Assembly (NCBI GenBank): GCA_965208105.1
Contig: OZ242318.1
Location: 3,584,001-3,648,000, forward strand
Reading direction: 5' to 3'
Source: Candidatus Latescibacterota bacterium
GTDB taxonomy: Bacteria > Latescibacterota > UBA2968 > UBA8231
Length of the DNA stretch: 64,000 nucleotides
In this document: positions 27,678 through 37,975 of the stretch, piece after piece
Position numbering within the stretch: the stretch's first letter is position 1
Layout: each line of letters starts with the position of its first letter
The notes under the pieces: generated by a model
What the model saw: the letters and a program-made list of their open reading frames with translations, nothing else
Told to the model about the DNA's origin: nothing
Database searches by the model: none
Made by a program: the position numbers and the translations under genes

Positions 27678-30428
27678 TCAGACGCGGTATTCAACGGCTA
27701 CTTCCGATACCCGGGGGGTGCCGCAGCTGTTGAAGGCCCCCAGGGCCAGTCTGTACTGAATCCACCTTCCGTTCCGCCCGTCCTCGCATGCCTCCTGGCC
27801 GTTGTCATACCAGGTCGTTCCGCCGGCCGGGCCTCTCCACTCCGCCCGGTCCAGCAGGGAGCGGGTGGTGCCGAAGCGCAGCTGCGCCTTCACCCAGGTA
27901 TTGGCCGCGGTCTCCGCCTGCCAGCGGACGCGCTCCACGCGGCTCTCCGCCGGCAGCTCGAAGGGCGCTGAAAAGTAGAACTCCTGGTGCCCCCGGTCCA
28001 TGATGCTGCCCGGATCGACGCAGAGCATGCCGTGCGGTCCGGAGGTGGGCAGCCTGGTCTGGCGGCTGTCGGAGAATCCCTCCGGGCCGTTCCACCAAAC
28101 CGCGGACCAGCCCACGTGGTCGCCCTCCACCTTGTGGTTGGCCACGGCCAGGTCGATCCAGCCGTCCTCGTTGAAGTCGGCCGCGACGCAGCCGGAGGCG
28201 GAGTGGGTGAAGAGGCGGGTGTGGTCCGCGGCCGAGAAGCCGCGTCCGGGCCGGTTCCAGTAGATGTAGGACTCGAGATCGCGCGACCTGCTGTCCGTGT
28301 AGGACGGCACGAAGAGGTCGAGCAGGCCGTCGTTGTCGAAGTCGGCGACGGCCACGGAGAGGACGTCGTTTGCCGGCAGCAGGGTACGGCAATCCTCGCG
28401 GATTCCCCGGGGGCCGTTCCAGTAGATGTAGACGAAGGAATCGTGGGGCTCCGCCAGAGCCGGGGGGCCGCCGCCGACGATCAGGTCGAGATAGCCGTTG
28501 CCGCTGAGATCGGCGGCGCGGGCGGATACGGCCTGCCACACCGAGAGCATCTGGCAGCGCTCCATGCCGAAGCCCTGCGGTCCGCCCCAGAGGATGAGAC
28601 TGCGGTCCTCCCTGCTCTGGGGCACGACGAGGTCCAGCCAGCCGTCGTTGTCGAGGTCGGCCAGGTAAATCCACAGCGGATTCCTGTAGACAGTGCCCTG
28701 GTGCTCCATGTGGATGCGCTCGGGGTTTTCCAGGTCGATGCCCCCGGCCCTGCCGTAGAAGACGAGGATTTCGGGGCTGGTGTGCCCGGCGAAGACCAGG
28801 TCCAGGTAGCCGTCGCGGTTTATGTCCGCGCAGCAGGCGCCGTGGGCGAGGTCGGTGGGCAGCTTCCAGGTGGGCTCCGGGGGGAATCCCTTCCTGCCGT
28901 TGAGGAAGACGTAGGACCCGGGATCGCGCGACGGGGTGTTGTGGGAGGAATTCACCAGCGCCAGGTCGGCGCGCCCGTCGTCGTCGAAGTCGCAGCAGAG
29001 GGCGCTGACCGCCCCCCACCCGGGCAGGTCCCGGCGGCGTTCGGCGGAAAAGCCCCCGGGACCGCCGGCGTAGATGGAGACGGCCAGTTCCTCGGTCTTG
29101 TTGCGCGCCCGGGTATTGACGAACACGACGTCGGGGAGGCCTTTCCCCCTGGGACGCGCCAGGAAGACGCGGCGGCCGTCGTGGGTCGCCAGCCTGAGAG
29201 AGTCCTCGAAATTCCTGTGCCGCGAGCCGCGGTAGACCAGGGAGTTGAAGGTGAAGGAGTCGGGGGTGTGTCCCTGGCACAGGACGATGTCGTCGCAGCC
29301 GTCGCCGTCGAGGTCGCCTAGGGCCACGTCGCAGGCGCGGTAGGTAGGGATCGGGGTCTTGTCCGACTCGCGGAACCCGCGGCCGCCGCCCCAGTAGATC
29401 CACGAACGCTCCTGTCCGCCGGAAGGCTGCCGGCAGGCGAAGACGATGTCGTCGCAGCCGTCGCCGTCCACGTCGCCTGCCGCCACCGCAAGGGCCCTTG
29501 GGCATTCGAAGACGAGGGGCGTACCGCAGCGGCGGTCCGGGTGGACGGGGACCAGGAAGGCGCGGCGGGAGCGGGCGACGAAGAGGTGGGGCACCTCCTC
29601 CAGGAGGATCACCTGCACCAGGGGCCTGGCGTCCTGAACGTACTCGGCCGTGGCCTTGTCCGCCGCGGAGACGCCGTCGTCGTTGGCGTCGTCCACCTCG
29701 ACGGGGACGGCCGTGCGGCGGTTCAGGTCGATCCCCTCCTCGGAGCCCCAGTAGATGGTGACCTCGCCGGCCTCGGAGCGCACGATCAGCTCGGCGCAGC
29801 CGTCCCCGTCCAGGTCGCCGCTTCCCAGTTGGTCGCCGTCCAGGTCCAGGTCATGGCGGCGCCTGGGCTCGAATCCCAGCTCGGTCTGGTAGAAGAGGCG
29901 GACCAGGTTGGCGCCCTGACGCACGGCGCCCTTGCTGAGGAAGGCCAGGTCCGGGCGTCCGTCTCCGTTGAAGTCGCCCGCGGCCACCGAGGTGCAGACC
30001 GGCGCCGGCAGGCGCTGGTGGCGGCGCTCGCTCCAGCCCTCGGGGGACCCGTAGTAGATGAAGGCGTTCATGTAGAGGCCCACCCCGTTGTACCAGTTGC
30101 CCAGCACCAGGTCGTCGCAGCCGTCGCCGTTGAGGTCGAGGACGGCCCCGGACCAGGCCCCGTCGGCCGGAAGATCGACGCATTGGCAGCGACCCAGCGG
30201 GTCCTGGTATACGCCGGCGGGAGCGTTCTCCAGATGGCTCTGGCTGTTGCAGAACACCAGGTCCATGTAGCCGTCGCCGCTGAAGTCGTACTGGTGTATG
30301 CGCTGCAGGACCCCGGCCCGGGAGACATAGAGATTGTGGCCGCCGTTTCCCATGGTGCCGCGGCTGAATCCGTCGAATCCGCGCGTCAGCCAGGTGTTTG
30401 TCGATCTCTTTTCAGCAGCAGATGGCAT
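27678..30428 (-). CDS. FG-GAP/VCBS-repeat protein (~916 aa)
   Basis: 12 D-x-[DNS]-x-[DN]-G motifs (e.g. DLNGDGCDD, DFNEDGWID) plus one degenerate copy, followed by IYWG/YWNG strands. The upstream part of the 1345-aa ORF overlaps the sulfatase gene. Confidence 0.88.
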   Translation of the reverse strand: MPSAAEKRSTNTWLTRGFDGFSRGTMGNGGHNLYVSRAGVLQRIHQYDFSGDGYMDLVFCNSQSHLENAPAGVYQDPLGRCQCVDLPADGAWSGAVLDLNGDGCDDLVLGNWYNGVGLYMNAFIYYGSPEGWSERRHQRLPAPVCTSVAAGDFNGDGRPDLAFLSKGAVRQGANLVRLFYQTELGFEPRRRHDLDLDGDQLGSGDLDGDGCAELIVRSEAGEVTIYWGSEEGIDLNRRTAVPVEVDDANDDGVSAADKATAEYVQDARPLVQVILLEEVPHLFVARSRRAFLVPVHPDRRCGTPLVFECPRALAVAAGDVDGDGCDDIVFACRQPSGGQERSWIYWGGGRGFRESDKTPIPTYRACDVALGDLDGDGCDDIVLCQGHTPDSFTFNSLVYRGSRHRNFEDSLRLATHDGRRVFLARPRGKGLPDVVFVNTRARNKTEELAVSIYAGGPGGFSAERRRDLPGWGAVSALCCDFDDDGRADLALVNSSHNTPSRDPGSYVFLNGRKGFPPEPTWKLPTDLAHGACCADINRDGYLDLVFAGHTSPEILVFYGRAGGIDLENPERIHMEHQGTVYRNPLWIYLADLDNDGWLDLVVPQSREDRSLILWGGPQGFGMERCQMLSVWQAVSARAADLSGNGYLDLIVGGGPPALAEPHDSFVYIYWNGPRGIREDCRTLLPANDVLSVAVADFDNDGLLDLFVPSYTDSRSRDLESYIYWNRPGRGFSAADHTRLFTHSASGCVAADFNEDGWIDLAVANHKVEGDHVGWSAVWWNGPEGFSDSRQTRLPTSGPHGMLCVDPGSIMDRGHQEFYFSAPFELPAESRVERVRWQAETAANTWVKAQLRFGTTRSLLDRAEWRGPAGGTTWYDNGQEACEDGRNGRWIQYRLALGAFNSCGTPRVSEVAVEYRV

Positions 30429-30529
30429 GTCGTTGCGGCCGGCTGTAGTTCCAGTTATCCGGTCCGTCCGGGGTGAATCGCCCTCCCCGCGCCGGCGCGG
30501 CCGGGGAGCGGGATTCGGACCCTCCGGCT

Positions 30530-32008
30530 CTAGGCAGGCATCGCCCGCGGTGGGCCCGGGGGATGGCTGTAGACGGTGGCGTCGAAGCTCCTGCGCATCA
30601 GCTCCCACCTGGTCTCCCGGTGGTCGGGATCGGAGGACAGGTCGCGGTGCTCCCAGGGGTCGTTGTCCAGGTCGTAGAGCTCGCACAGGTCCTTGCGGTG
30701 GTAGTGGATGAACTTCCACCTGCGGTCGCGGTACATGGTGGCGTGGGTCTGGTCGGGGAAATCGATGGCCCCGTAGAACTCGCAGCGGGCGAAGTCGCGG
30801 TGGTGGTGCGGCGGCGCCTTTCGGGTGAGCAGGGGGAGGAGCGACCGGCCCTGCACGAAGGAAGGAATCTCCATGCCCAGGGCGTCGTAGAGAGTGGGCA
30901 CGAGGTCGAGGAGCTCCACCAGGGCGTCGCTGACCAGGCCGCGCGCGAAGTGACCGGGCCAGGAGATCATCAGCGGCACGCGCACCGATCCCTCGTAGAA
31001 GCGGCAGCCCTTGCACACCATACCGTGGTCGCCCAGGGCCTCGCCGTGGTCGCTGGTGAAGATGACGATGGTGTTGCCGCGCTGGCCCGAGGCCTCGAGG
31101 TGGTCGAGCAGGCGGCCGAACTCGTGGTCTATGAGCTCGATGGAGGCGTAGTAGGAGGCCTGCATCCTCCTGTTGCCCAGCTCTTCCGGGTGCCTGGGCT
31201 GCGCCTGGAAGTCGATTCCGGCGCCGGCCAGGCGCTCCTGGTGCACCAGGTCGCCGTCCTCGAAGTGGGCGCCCGGAAGGGACTCGGGGTCGTAGCGGCG
31301 GTAGTATTCCCAGGGGGCGTCGAAGGGAGGGTGAGGGTCGAAGGGGTTGACGCTGAGCAGCCAGGGCTGGCCCCCGCGCCGGTTCTTCTGGATGAACTCG
31401 ATGGATTTTTCGGTGCACCAGAAGGTCTGGTGCAGGTGGGGCGGAATGTTGTCGTTTGCGGAGGAAGGCTCGAGGACTCCCGCGAAGTTCAGGTCGCCAG
31501 CCCCCTGCCGGTAGATCGTCGAGTTGTCGATTTCCGACCCCATCAGCTCGTCGGGGTCGGCGCCCTGCAGCCGCAGCCACTCGGCGTAGTCGTGGCCGAA
31601 GGAGCGCGGCCCTTTGTGCGAGTGGCTGTACTGGAAGTAGCGGTAGCCGTCGTCGACCCGGCGCTCGCGGCCTCTGGTCGACCCGGCCAGGTGAAGCTTG
31701 CCCACCAGGCCGCAATCGAAGCCGCTGCGCGCCAGGACGTGGGAGACGAGCCGCCCTTCATGGTGGCGCGGAAAGTAGGCGTTTCCGTTGGCGTTGACCC
31801 CGAGGGCGCTGGGATACATGCCGGTGAGGAAACTGGCGCGGCTCGGGGTGCAGATGGGCGACTGGCAGTAGGCGTGGGTGAAGGTGGCGGCCTCGGCCAT
31901 GAACCGGTCCAGGCGCGGGGTGTGAATGTGGGGATTGCCCAGGGCCGCGATGGTGTCGAAGCGTTGCTGATCGGAGCAGTACCAGAGGATATTCGGTCGG
32001 TCAGGCAT
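30530..32008 (-). CDS. formylglycine-type sulfatase (Cys type)
   Basis: RPNIL..SDQ, CTPSRASFLTG, GKLH, PHPPF, FTSDHG, RVPL. No signal peptide. Confidence 0.93.
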   Translation of the reverse strand: MPDRPNILWYCSDQQRFDTIAALGNPHIHTPRLDRFMAEAATFTHAYCQSPICTPSRASFLTGMYPSALGVNANGNAYFPRHHEGRLVSHVLARSGFDCGLVGKLHLAGSTRGRERRVDDGYRYFQYSHSHKGPRSFGHDYAEWLRLQGADPDELMGSEIDNSTIYRQGAGDLNFAGVLEPSSANDNIPPHLHQTFWCTEKSIEFIQKNRRGGQPWLLSVNPFDPHPPFDAPWEYYRRYDPESLPGAHFEDGDLVHQERLAGAGIDFQAQPRHPEELGNRRMQASYYASIELIDHEFGRLLDHLEASGQRGNTIVIFTSDHGEALGDHGMVCKGCRFYEGSVRVPLMISWPGHFARGLVSDALVELLDLVPTLYDALGMEIPSFVQGRSLLPLLTRKAPPHHHRDFARCEFYGAIDFPDQTHATMYRDRRWKFIHYHRKDLCELYDLDNDPWEHRDLSSDPDHRETRWELMRRSFDATVYSHPPGPPRAMPA

Positions 32009-32343
32009 GCAGGCCTTCTGCCGTAGTCCGGGGAAGCGGTGCCGCGAGTGCCTCCAGGCCGGGCGCAGCTTGGCGGAAATTTCAGCGGGAAAGATATGCC
32101 GGGCGGGCCCATCTGTCCAGGCGCCGCCGCCCGTTGAAACTTGAGCGCCGCGGGCGGGTTTCATATTATCTTGCGCTGTGCTCCGGAAACTCCACGGGGC
32201 CCGGCGCGGAAGCAGTGGCGCTACGGGCGGGGTTGGAAACCGGCTGTATCGCAGAGGATAGGGCCGGTTTCGTCCGTTATGCCCCGCAGCTGTTCCCGCC
32301 CCGGTCAGGTCTCCGCGAATTGCAGGAGCAGGGGAAAGCGGAT

Positions 32344-33513
32344 ATGGAGAGAGTGACGGTAATTGTCCTCGCCGCCATTGCGTTGGGGGCGGGCGGCATC
32401 GCAGGTGGAGCGGAGGAGCCGGTCAAGCTGGGGGCCCTGTATCCTCTCACCGGCACCGGAGCCGTCTACGGCTCGCCGGCCCTGCTTGGTCACGAGATGG
32501 CGGTGGACGAGATCAACGCCGCCGGCGGCATCAACGGGCGCAGGGTGGTGGCGGTGGCGCGGGACACCAGGCTGAAGCCCGCGGCGGCGGCGGCCGCGGC
32601 CAGGGAACTGATCACCAGGGAAGGGGTGGACGTTCTCCTCGGCGGCCTCAGCTCGGCGGTGGGCCTGGCCGTCTCCGAAGTGGCGCGCCAGGAAAAGGTG
32701 ATATACATCGCCACCATACCGAAGACGACCCAGCTGACCACCACCAGGCTGCACAAGTACGTCTTCAGGACCGCGGCCAACACGGACGGCGAGGGCCGGG
32801 GCATAGCCCGGGTTCTGGGCCAGATAGGGGCCAGGAAGGTCTGCCAGATTCAGTTCGACTACGCCTATGGCCACGACCTGGCCGCCGGTATCGCCAGGGC
32901 GCTGCCCCAGGAGGCGCCGGAGGCCGAGATCGTCCTGGACCTCAAGGTCAAGCTGGGCGCCGCCGACTTCAATCCCTACATCGCGCGGATCATGGCCGCC
33001 GAATGCGAGACCGTGGCCAGCGGCCTGTGGGGAGCGGCCTTCATCAGCCTGGCGCGCCAGGGGAAGCCGTTCGGCCTGTTCGACCGGGTCAGGTACGTAT
33101 CGGGCGGGGAGATCGCCTCGCACGAGATCGCCGGACAGTTGAAGGGGGATTTCCCCGACAATGTTTGGAGCAACGCCTACGAGCTGTGGTACCATGCCCA
33201 CTCGCCGCTGCACGGACCCTTCCAGAAGGAGCTGGCGAGGCGCCAGGGCGCCAGGGAGACCTCCAGCTGGCCGCTGCTGGCCTACGTCGGCGTGAAGTTC
33301 GTCGAGGCCGCCGCGGCGAAGGCGGGGTCCATGGAAGCCGACGCGCTGGTCGCCGCCCTCGAAGGGCTCAGCATTGAGACACCCGTGGGCCTGCGCACCA
33401 TGGACGCGGAAACCCATGAGACCGACACGGGCCAGTTCTGGGGGCCGATGATCAAATCGGAAGAGTACGCCTTCAGGATCATGGATCCCGTCACCTACAT
33501 CGCCCCAGACTGA
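32344..33513 (+). CDS. branched-chain amino acid-type ABC substrate-binding protein
   Basis: Signal peptide; KLGALYPLTG, EINAAGGINGR, DYAYG, LEGLSIETPVG. Confidence 0.9.
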   Translation: MERVTVIVLAAIALGAGGIAGGAEEPVKLGALYPLTGTGAVYGSPALLGHEMAVDEINAAGGINGRRVVAVARDTRLKPAAAAAAARELITREGVDVLLGGLSSAVGLAVSEVARQEKVIYIATIPKTTQLTTTRLHKYVFRTAANTDGEGRGIARVLGQIGARKVCQIQFDYAYGHDLAAGIARALPQEAPEAEIVLDLKVKLGAADFNPYIARIMAAECETVASGLWGAAFISLARQGKPFGLFDRVRYVSGGEIASHEIAGQLKGDFPDNVWSNAYELWYHAHSPLHGPFQKELARRQGARETSSWPLLAYVGVKFVEAAAAKAGSMEADALVAALEGLSIETPVGLRTMDAETHETDTGQFWGPMIKSEEYAFRIMDPVTYIAPD

Positions 33514-33677
33514 TGTCCCGCCGCAGAGATATGTCGCCATTCTTCCGCCCGTCCATCCCGGCTCGCGGCGTTGCCTTCACTCGCCGTACACCACCGCTAC
33601 GACCCGCTCAGGCGACTGGTGGGCCGGGCGCCTCGGCGGCCCGATCTGGTCACCCTGTCTCTGCTACGGGACGCTAG

Positions 33678-34568
33678 ATGCTCGGCCAGCCCACCTTCGT
33701 TCTCATCCAGGTGCTGAACTCCATCTCCCTGGGTATGAATCTCTTCATCATCGCCGCCGGCCTGACCCTGATCTTCGGGGTGCTGCGGGTGATCAACTTC
33801 GCCCACGGCGCATTCTACATGATCGGCGCATACGCGTGCTATGCGGCGCTGGCGGCTACGGGCAGCTTCTGGGCGGGTGTCCTGGGGGCGGCCCTTGCCC
33901 TGGGGGCGCTGGCCTTCCTGGTGGAGCGCTTCCTGCTCAGGCATCTCTACGGCCGCGAGCACCTGATGCAGCTTCTCTTCACCTTCGCCCTTGTGCTGAT
34001 TCTCGGCGACGCTGCCAAGCTGGTCTGGGGCACGGGCCAGTACAGCGTCCCCTACCCGGCCGGCCTCGACGGCGCCGCCGAGCTAGGTCCGGCTCACTTC
34101 CCCCAGTACCTCCTCTTCCTCTGCTTCCTGGGTCCGCTGGTGGCCGCCTCCATGTGGCTGGTCCTGGAAAAGACGCGCTGGGGGCGATTGGTGCGGGCGG
34201 CGACCCAGGACCGGGAGATGCTGGCTGCTCTGGGAGTGAACGTGCCCCTGGTCTACACCTGCGTATTCGTCGCCGGCTCTGTTCTGGCCGGTGTTGGGGG
34301 CGCCCTTGCCGCGCCGCGCACGGCCCTGACCCCGGGGATGGATGCCACCATCATCGTCGAGTGTTTCATCGTGGTCATCATCGGCGGCCTGGGAAGTCTG
34401 TGGGGCAGTTTTCTCGGGGCCCTGACCCTGGGATTCGTCACCGTATTCGGCGCGGTGCTGGCGCCGGAGGTTGAGATCGTCCTGCCCTACCTGCTCATGC
34501 TGGCGCTGCTGCTGTGGCGCCCCCGGGGCCTGCTCGGCCGCACCGCAGCGGAGGAGCGCGGCAGATGA
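33678..34568 (+). CDS. livH: Liv-type ABC permease
   Basis: GLTLIFGVLRVINFAHG, TRWGRLVRA, VVIIGGLGS. Confidence 0.92.
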   Translation: MLGQPTFVLIQVLNSISLGMNLFIIAAGLTLIFGVLRVINFAHGAFYMIGAYACYAALAATGSFWAGVLGAALALGALAFLVERFLLRHLYGREHLMQLLFTFALVLILGDAAKLVWGTGQYSVPYPAGLDGAAELGPAHFPQYLLFLCFLGPLVAASMWLVLEKTRWGRLVRAATQDREMLAALGVNVPLVYTCVFVAGSVLAGVGGALAAPRTALTPGMDATIIVECFIVVIIGGLGSLWGSFLGALTLGFVTVFGAVLAPEVEIVLPYLLMLALLLWRPRGLLGRTAAEERGR

Positions 34569-35512
34569 AGATCCTCCGTGGACCCTGTCTGCTCGCCTTG
34601 CTCCCCGCCCTGGCGGCGCTGGTTCCGCTTTCGGGTTCGCGCTACCTGATCGACCTGTCCACCGAGGTCCTGATCTACGCCCTGTTCGCCCTCAGCCTCA
34701 ACCTGCTGATCGGCTACGCCGGCAACGTTTCCTTCGGCCACGCCGCCTATTTCGCCATCGGTGGCTACTCGTGCGCCATTCTCGTGACGACCTGCGAATG
34801 GCCCCTGGCCTGCGGCTTCCTGGCGGCGGTGGCGCTCAGCGGGGCCGCCGCTCTCGGCATCGGCTTCTTCTGCGTGCGCCTGAGCGACATCTACTTCGCC
34901 ATGCTGACTCTTGCCTTCGCCATGCTCGTGTGGTCGGTGGCCTTCAAGTGGCGGGCGCTCACCGGCGGCGACGACGGCTTCGTCGGAGTCCGGCTGCCCG
35001 CCATGCTGGAAAGCCGGGTGGTTTTTTTCTACTTCGCCCTCGCCGTGGTCTCCGTCTCGACGGCGCTCTTGTGGGTCGTCTGCCATTCGGCCTTCGGCCG
35101 CACCCTGGTGGCGGTGCGCGAGAACCCCGTCCGCGCCGCCTTCGTCGGGGTGGACACCCGGCGGATGCGCCTGGCGGCCTTCGTCATCGCGGGGACCTTC
35201 GCCGGCGCCGCCGGCGCTCTCTTCGCCCTCTACAACAGGGGTATCTACACCGAATCGGCCTTCTGGACCGAGTCCGCCCAGGTCCTGATCATGGTCCTCC
35301 TGGGCGGCATCCACTCCTTCTTCGGACCCGCCCTCGGGGCGCTCGTCCTCTACCTGCTGGAGGTCACCATCAACCAGTATACCCAGTACTGGCCGGCGGT
35401 CCTGGGGGGCATCCTGCTGGCCATCGTGATGTTCTTCCCCGAGGGCCTGGCGGGCCTGGCGCGGCGGTCGTGGCGGCGGCGGGCGCCGATGGTGCCGGGA
35501 GGGAGGGCGTGA
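34565..35512 (+). CDS. livM: Liv-type ABC permease
   Basis: LNLLIGYAGNVSFGH, YFAMLTLAF, TGGDDG, SAFGRTLVAVREN. ATGA overlap with livH. Confidence 0.92.
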   Translation: MKILRGPCLLALLPALAALVPLSGSRYLIDLSTEVLIYALFALSLNLLIGYAGNVSFGHAAYFAIGGYSCAILVTTCEWPLACGFLAAVALSGAAALGIGFFCVRLSDIYFAMLTLAFAMLVWSVAFKWRALTGGDDGFVGVRLPAMLESRVVFFYFALAVVSVSTALLWVVCHSAFGRTLVAVRENPVRAAFVGVDTRRMRLAAFVIAGTFAGAAGALFALYNRGIYTESAFWTESAQVLIMVLLGGIHSFFGPALGALVLYLLEVTINQYTQYWPAVLGGILLAIVMFFPEGLAGLARRSWRRRAPMVPGGRA

Positions 35513-35659
35513 TCACGGGAGTGGACCGGGGCGCTCCCCGGGTGCCGCGGCCACGGGGTCAACTTTCCAGGCCGGATCGGGGCAATGGCCGCGGCCGGTC
35601 GCGGCCAGGGCGGACCGGGGAACACATGGCGGGAACCTGGTGAGGCGGAGCGCCGGGAC

Positions 35660-36403
35660 ATGCTTCAGGTCGAGCGCATTTCCAAGAGCTTCGACGGTCT
35701 GAGGGCCGTCCGCGAGGTGGACTTCACCCTGGAGGAAGGGGAGATCCACGCCATTATCGGGCCGAACGGGGCCGGGAAGACCACTTTCTTCGACCTCATC
35801 ACCGGCCATTTGACTCCCGACGGCGGCACCGTGGTTTTCGCCGGGGAGCCGATCAGCCATCTTGCTCCGCACCGGATCGCCAGGAGGGGAATCGCGCGCT
35901 CCTTTCAGCGGGTCAATGTGTTTCCGCGCATGACCGTGCGCGAAAACGTCCAGGTGGCCCTGATAGCGCGCGCCGGCCGGCATTTCAACATGGTGGCCGC
36001 GGGCCATCGCCTGCACCTGGAGGAAGCGGCCGAACTGCTCGGGCTGGTGGGACTGGAAGAAGAGGGATCGAAAGCGGCGGGCATGCTGGCATACGGAGGC
36101 CAGAAGCAACTCGAGCTCGCCATCGCCCTGGCATCCGGCCCCAGGCTTCTCATGCTCGACGAGCCCACCGCGGGGATGTCGCCGCGGGAGACCTCCGAGA
36201 CCATCGCCCTGGTGGAGCGCATCGTCTCCGACCGCGCCCTCGCCCTCCTGTTCACCGAACACGACATGGACGTGGTCTTCGGCATCGCCAGGCGGATTTC
36301 GGTCTTCCACCAGGGCGAGGTCGTCTCCAGCGGCACGGCTGCCGAGGTGCGCCGGGACCCCCTGGTCAAACGGATCTACCTGGGGGGGAACGACGGTGCT
36401 TGA
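35660..36403 (+). CDS. livG: Liv-type ABC ATPase
   Basis: GPNGAGKTT, GIARSFQ, LAYG, LDEPTAGM, EHDM. Confidence 0.93.
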   Translation: MLQVERISKSFDGLRAVREVDFTLEEGEIHAIIGPNGAGKTTFFDLITGHLTPDGGTVVFAGEPISHLAPHRIARRGIARSFQRVNVFPRMTVRENVQVALIARAGRHFNMVAAGHRLHLEEAAELLGLVGLEEEGSKAAGMLAYGGQKQLELAIALASGPRLLMLDEPTAGMSPRETSETIALVERIVSDRALALLFTEHDMDVVFGIARRISVFHQGEVVSSGTAAEVRRDPLVKRIYLGGNDGA

Positions 36404-37094
36404 GGTCCTGGACATTCACACCAGCTACGGGTTGAGCCAGGTCCTGTTCGGGGTTTCTCTCCAGGCCGGCCCCGGCGAGGTGGTGGCCCTGGTGGGGCGC
36501 AACGGGGTGGGCAAGACAACGACCCTGCGCAGTATCGCCGGGCTGCAGCCGCCGCGCCGCGGCCAGGTGAACTGGAGGGGACGGGACCTCGCGGGCCTGC
36601 CTGCCCATCGCATTGCCCGGCTGGGGATCGCCTACGTCCCCGAGGAGCGCCGCATCTTCGCGGACCTGACGGTCTGGGAGAACCTGGACATTGCCCGCCG
36701 GCCCGCTGCCGCAGGGGCCGCCTGGAGCGAGAGGCAGGTCTACGAGCTGTTCCCCGAGCTGGAGGAGATGGCGGACAGGCCGGGGGGCGTGCTCAGCGGC
36801 GGACAGCAGCAGATGCTGGCCATCGCGCGGGGCCTGATGGGCAATCCCGGGCTGCTGCTGCTCGACGAGCCTTCCGAGGGCCTGGCTCCGCGCGTGGTGG
36901 CGGCGCTGGCAGAACAGGTGGCCCGGTTGAAGGAGATGGGTCTGGCCATCCTCGTGGCCGAGCAGAATCTCCCCTTCGTCCTTGGTCTGAGCGACAGGGT
37001 GCACGTTCTCGAAAAGGGCGAGATAAGATTCTCCGGCACGCCGGAACAGTTGCGCAGGAATGATGACGTGCTGCTGAGGTACCTGGCGGTCTGA
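36396..37094 (+). CDS. livF: Liv-type ABC ATPase
   Basis: GRNGVGKTT, YVPEERRIF, LSGGQQQML, LDEPSEGLAP, EQN. Confidence 0.93.
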   Translation: MLEVLDIHTSYGLSQVLFGVSLQAGPGEVVALVGRNGVGKTTTLRSIAGLQPPRRGQVNWRGRDLAGLPAHRIARLGIAYVPEERRIFADLTVWENLDIARRPAAAGAAWSERQVYELFPELEEMADRPGGVLSGGQQQMLAIARGLMGNPGLLLLDEPSEGLAPRVVAALAEQVARLKEMGLAILVAEQNLPFVLGLSDRVHVLEKGEIRFSGTPEQLRRNDDVLLRYLAV

Positions 37095-37280
37095 GGGCCC
37101 TGTGTTGCTGAAGCATGCGCGCCCCGCCGGCTGCGAGCTGGTTCGGTCGAGGCCGGGAGATAGCCTGCGGGCCGCCCCGGCGGGCAGGTGGTGTCCCGGC
37201 CCACGTCGGCAGGGAGTCTGCGGTCCGCCCCGGCGATGCTGAGGTGCCCCGCTCAAGCCGGCAGGGTTTCCGCGGGCAGT

Positions 37281-37865
37281 CTATCGCGGCATCTCGCGGC
37301 CGGCCAAGCGCAGGAGCTGTGCGGCGAAGCGGTAGGTGATCCCCCACAGCACGGGTCTTCCGGGCCCCAGGAGATCGACGGCGGGATGCAGCCGGGAAGT
37401 GCCTCCCTGGTGAAACCGGTAGTGCACGTGGCGCTCCGGGTCGGTCAGATGGTCGATGGGGACCCAGAAGGCCTCTTCGATTTCGCGGTTGAGCTCGAAG
37501 GGACCGGGATTCTCCATGGAGTATACGAACCCCGAGACCAGGACCGGGAGAATGGTGCCCGCCAGGTCGTCGAGGCGTCCGAGGTACTCCTCCAAACCCA
37601 GGTCGATTCCGATTTCTTCGCGGGTTTCACGCTCCGCCGCCGAGCGGGCGCAGCGGTCGGAGGGGTCGATATTTCCCCCCGGGAAGGCGATGTGCCCGGA
37701 CCAGGGATCTCCCTCGCGCTCGGCGCGCTCTACGAAGAGCAGGCCGAGTCCCGCGGGGCCTTGGTTGAGGATGAGAGCGACCGCGGCGCGGCGGCGCTGC
37801 TCTGCGGCCAGAAGCCTCGGGGTGCGGCCGGCCAGCAAGCGGCGGATGCCGGCGATGGAGGTCAT
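37281..37865 (-). CDS. CoA pyrophosphatase-like Nudix hydrolase
   Basis: AAV, WSGHIAFPGG, AERETREEIG, VLWGIT. Confidence 0.9.
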   Translation of the reverse strand: MTSIAGIRRLLAGRTPRLLAAEQRRRAAVALILNQGPAGLGLLFVERAEREGDPWSGHIAFPGGNIDPSDRCARSAAERETREEIGIDLGLEEYLGRLDDLAGTILPVLVSGFVYSMENPGPFELNREIEEAFWVPIDHLTDPERHVHYRFHQGGTSRLHPAVDLLGPGRPVLWGITYRFAAQLLRLAGREMPR

Positions 37866-37975
37866 CCGGAGCGCGCGGTGCTGCGGGCGGGAGAGAGGAA
37901 CCGGGCGCGGGTGCCGCCCGCATGGACGGGAGGGCGGCCGCCGGGTTCCTGCACGGGAGGCTCCGGGCCCACGGG

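Noticed and set aside
27678-31715. 1345-aa ORF suggesting a giant fusion protein
   Set aside because: The first ~430 codons are an Arg/Pro-rich off-frame shadow of the sulfatase gene. The real protein starts near 30428.
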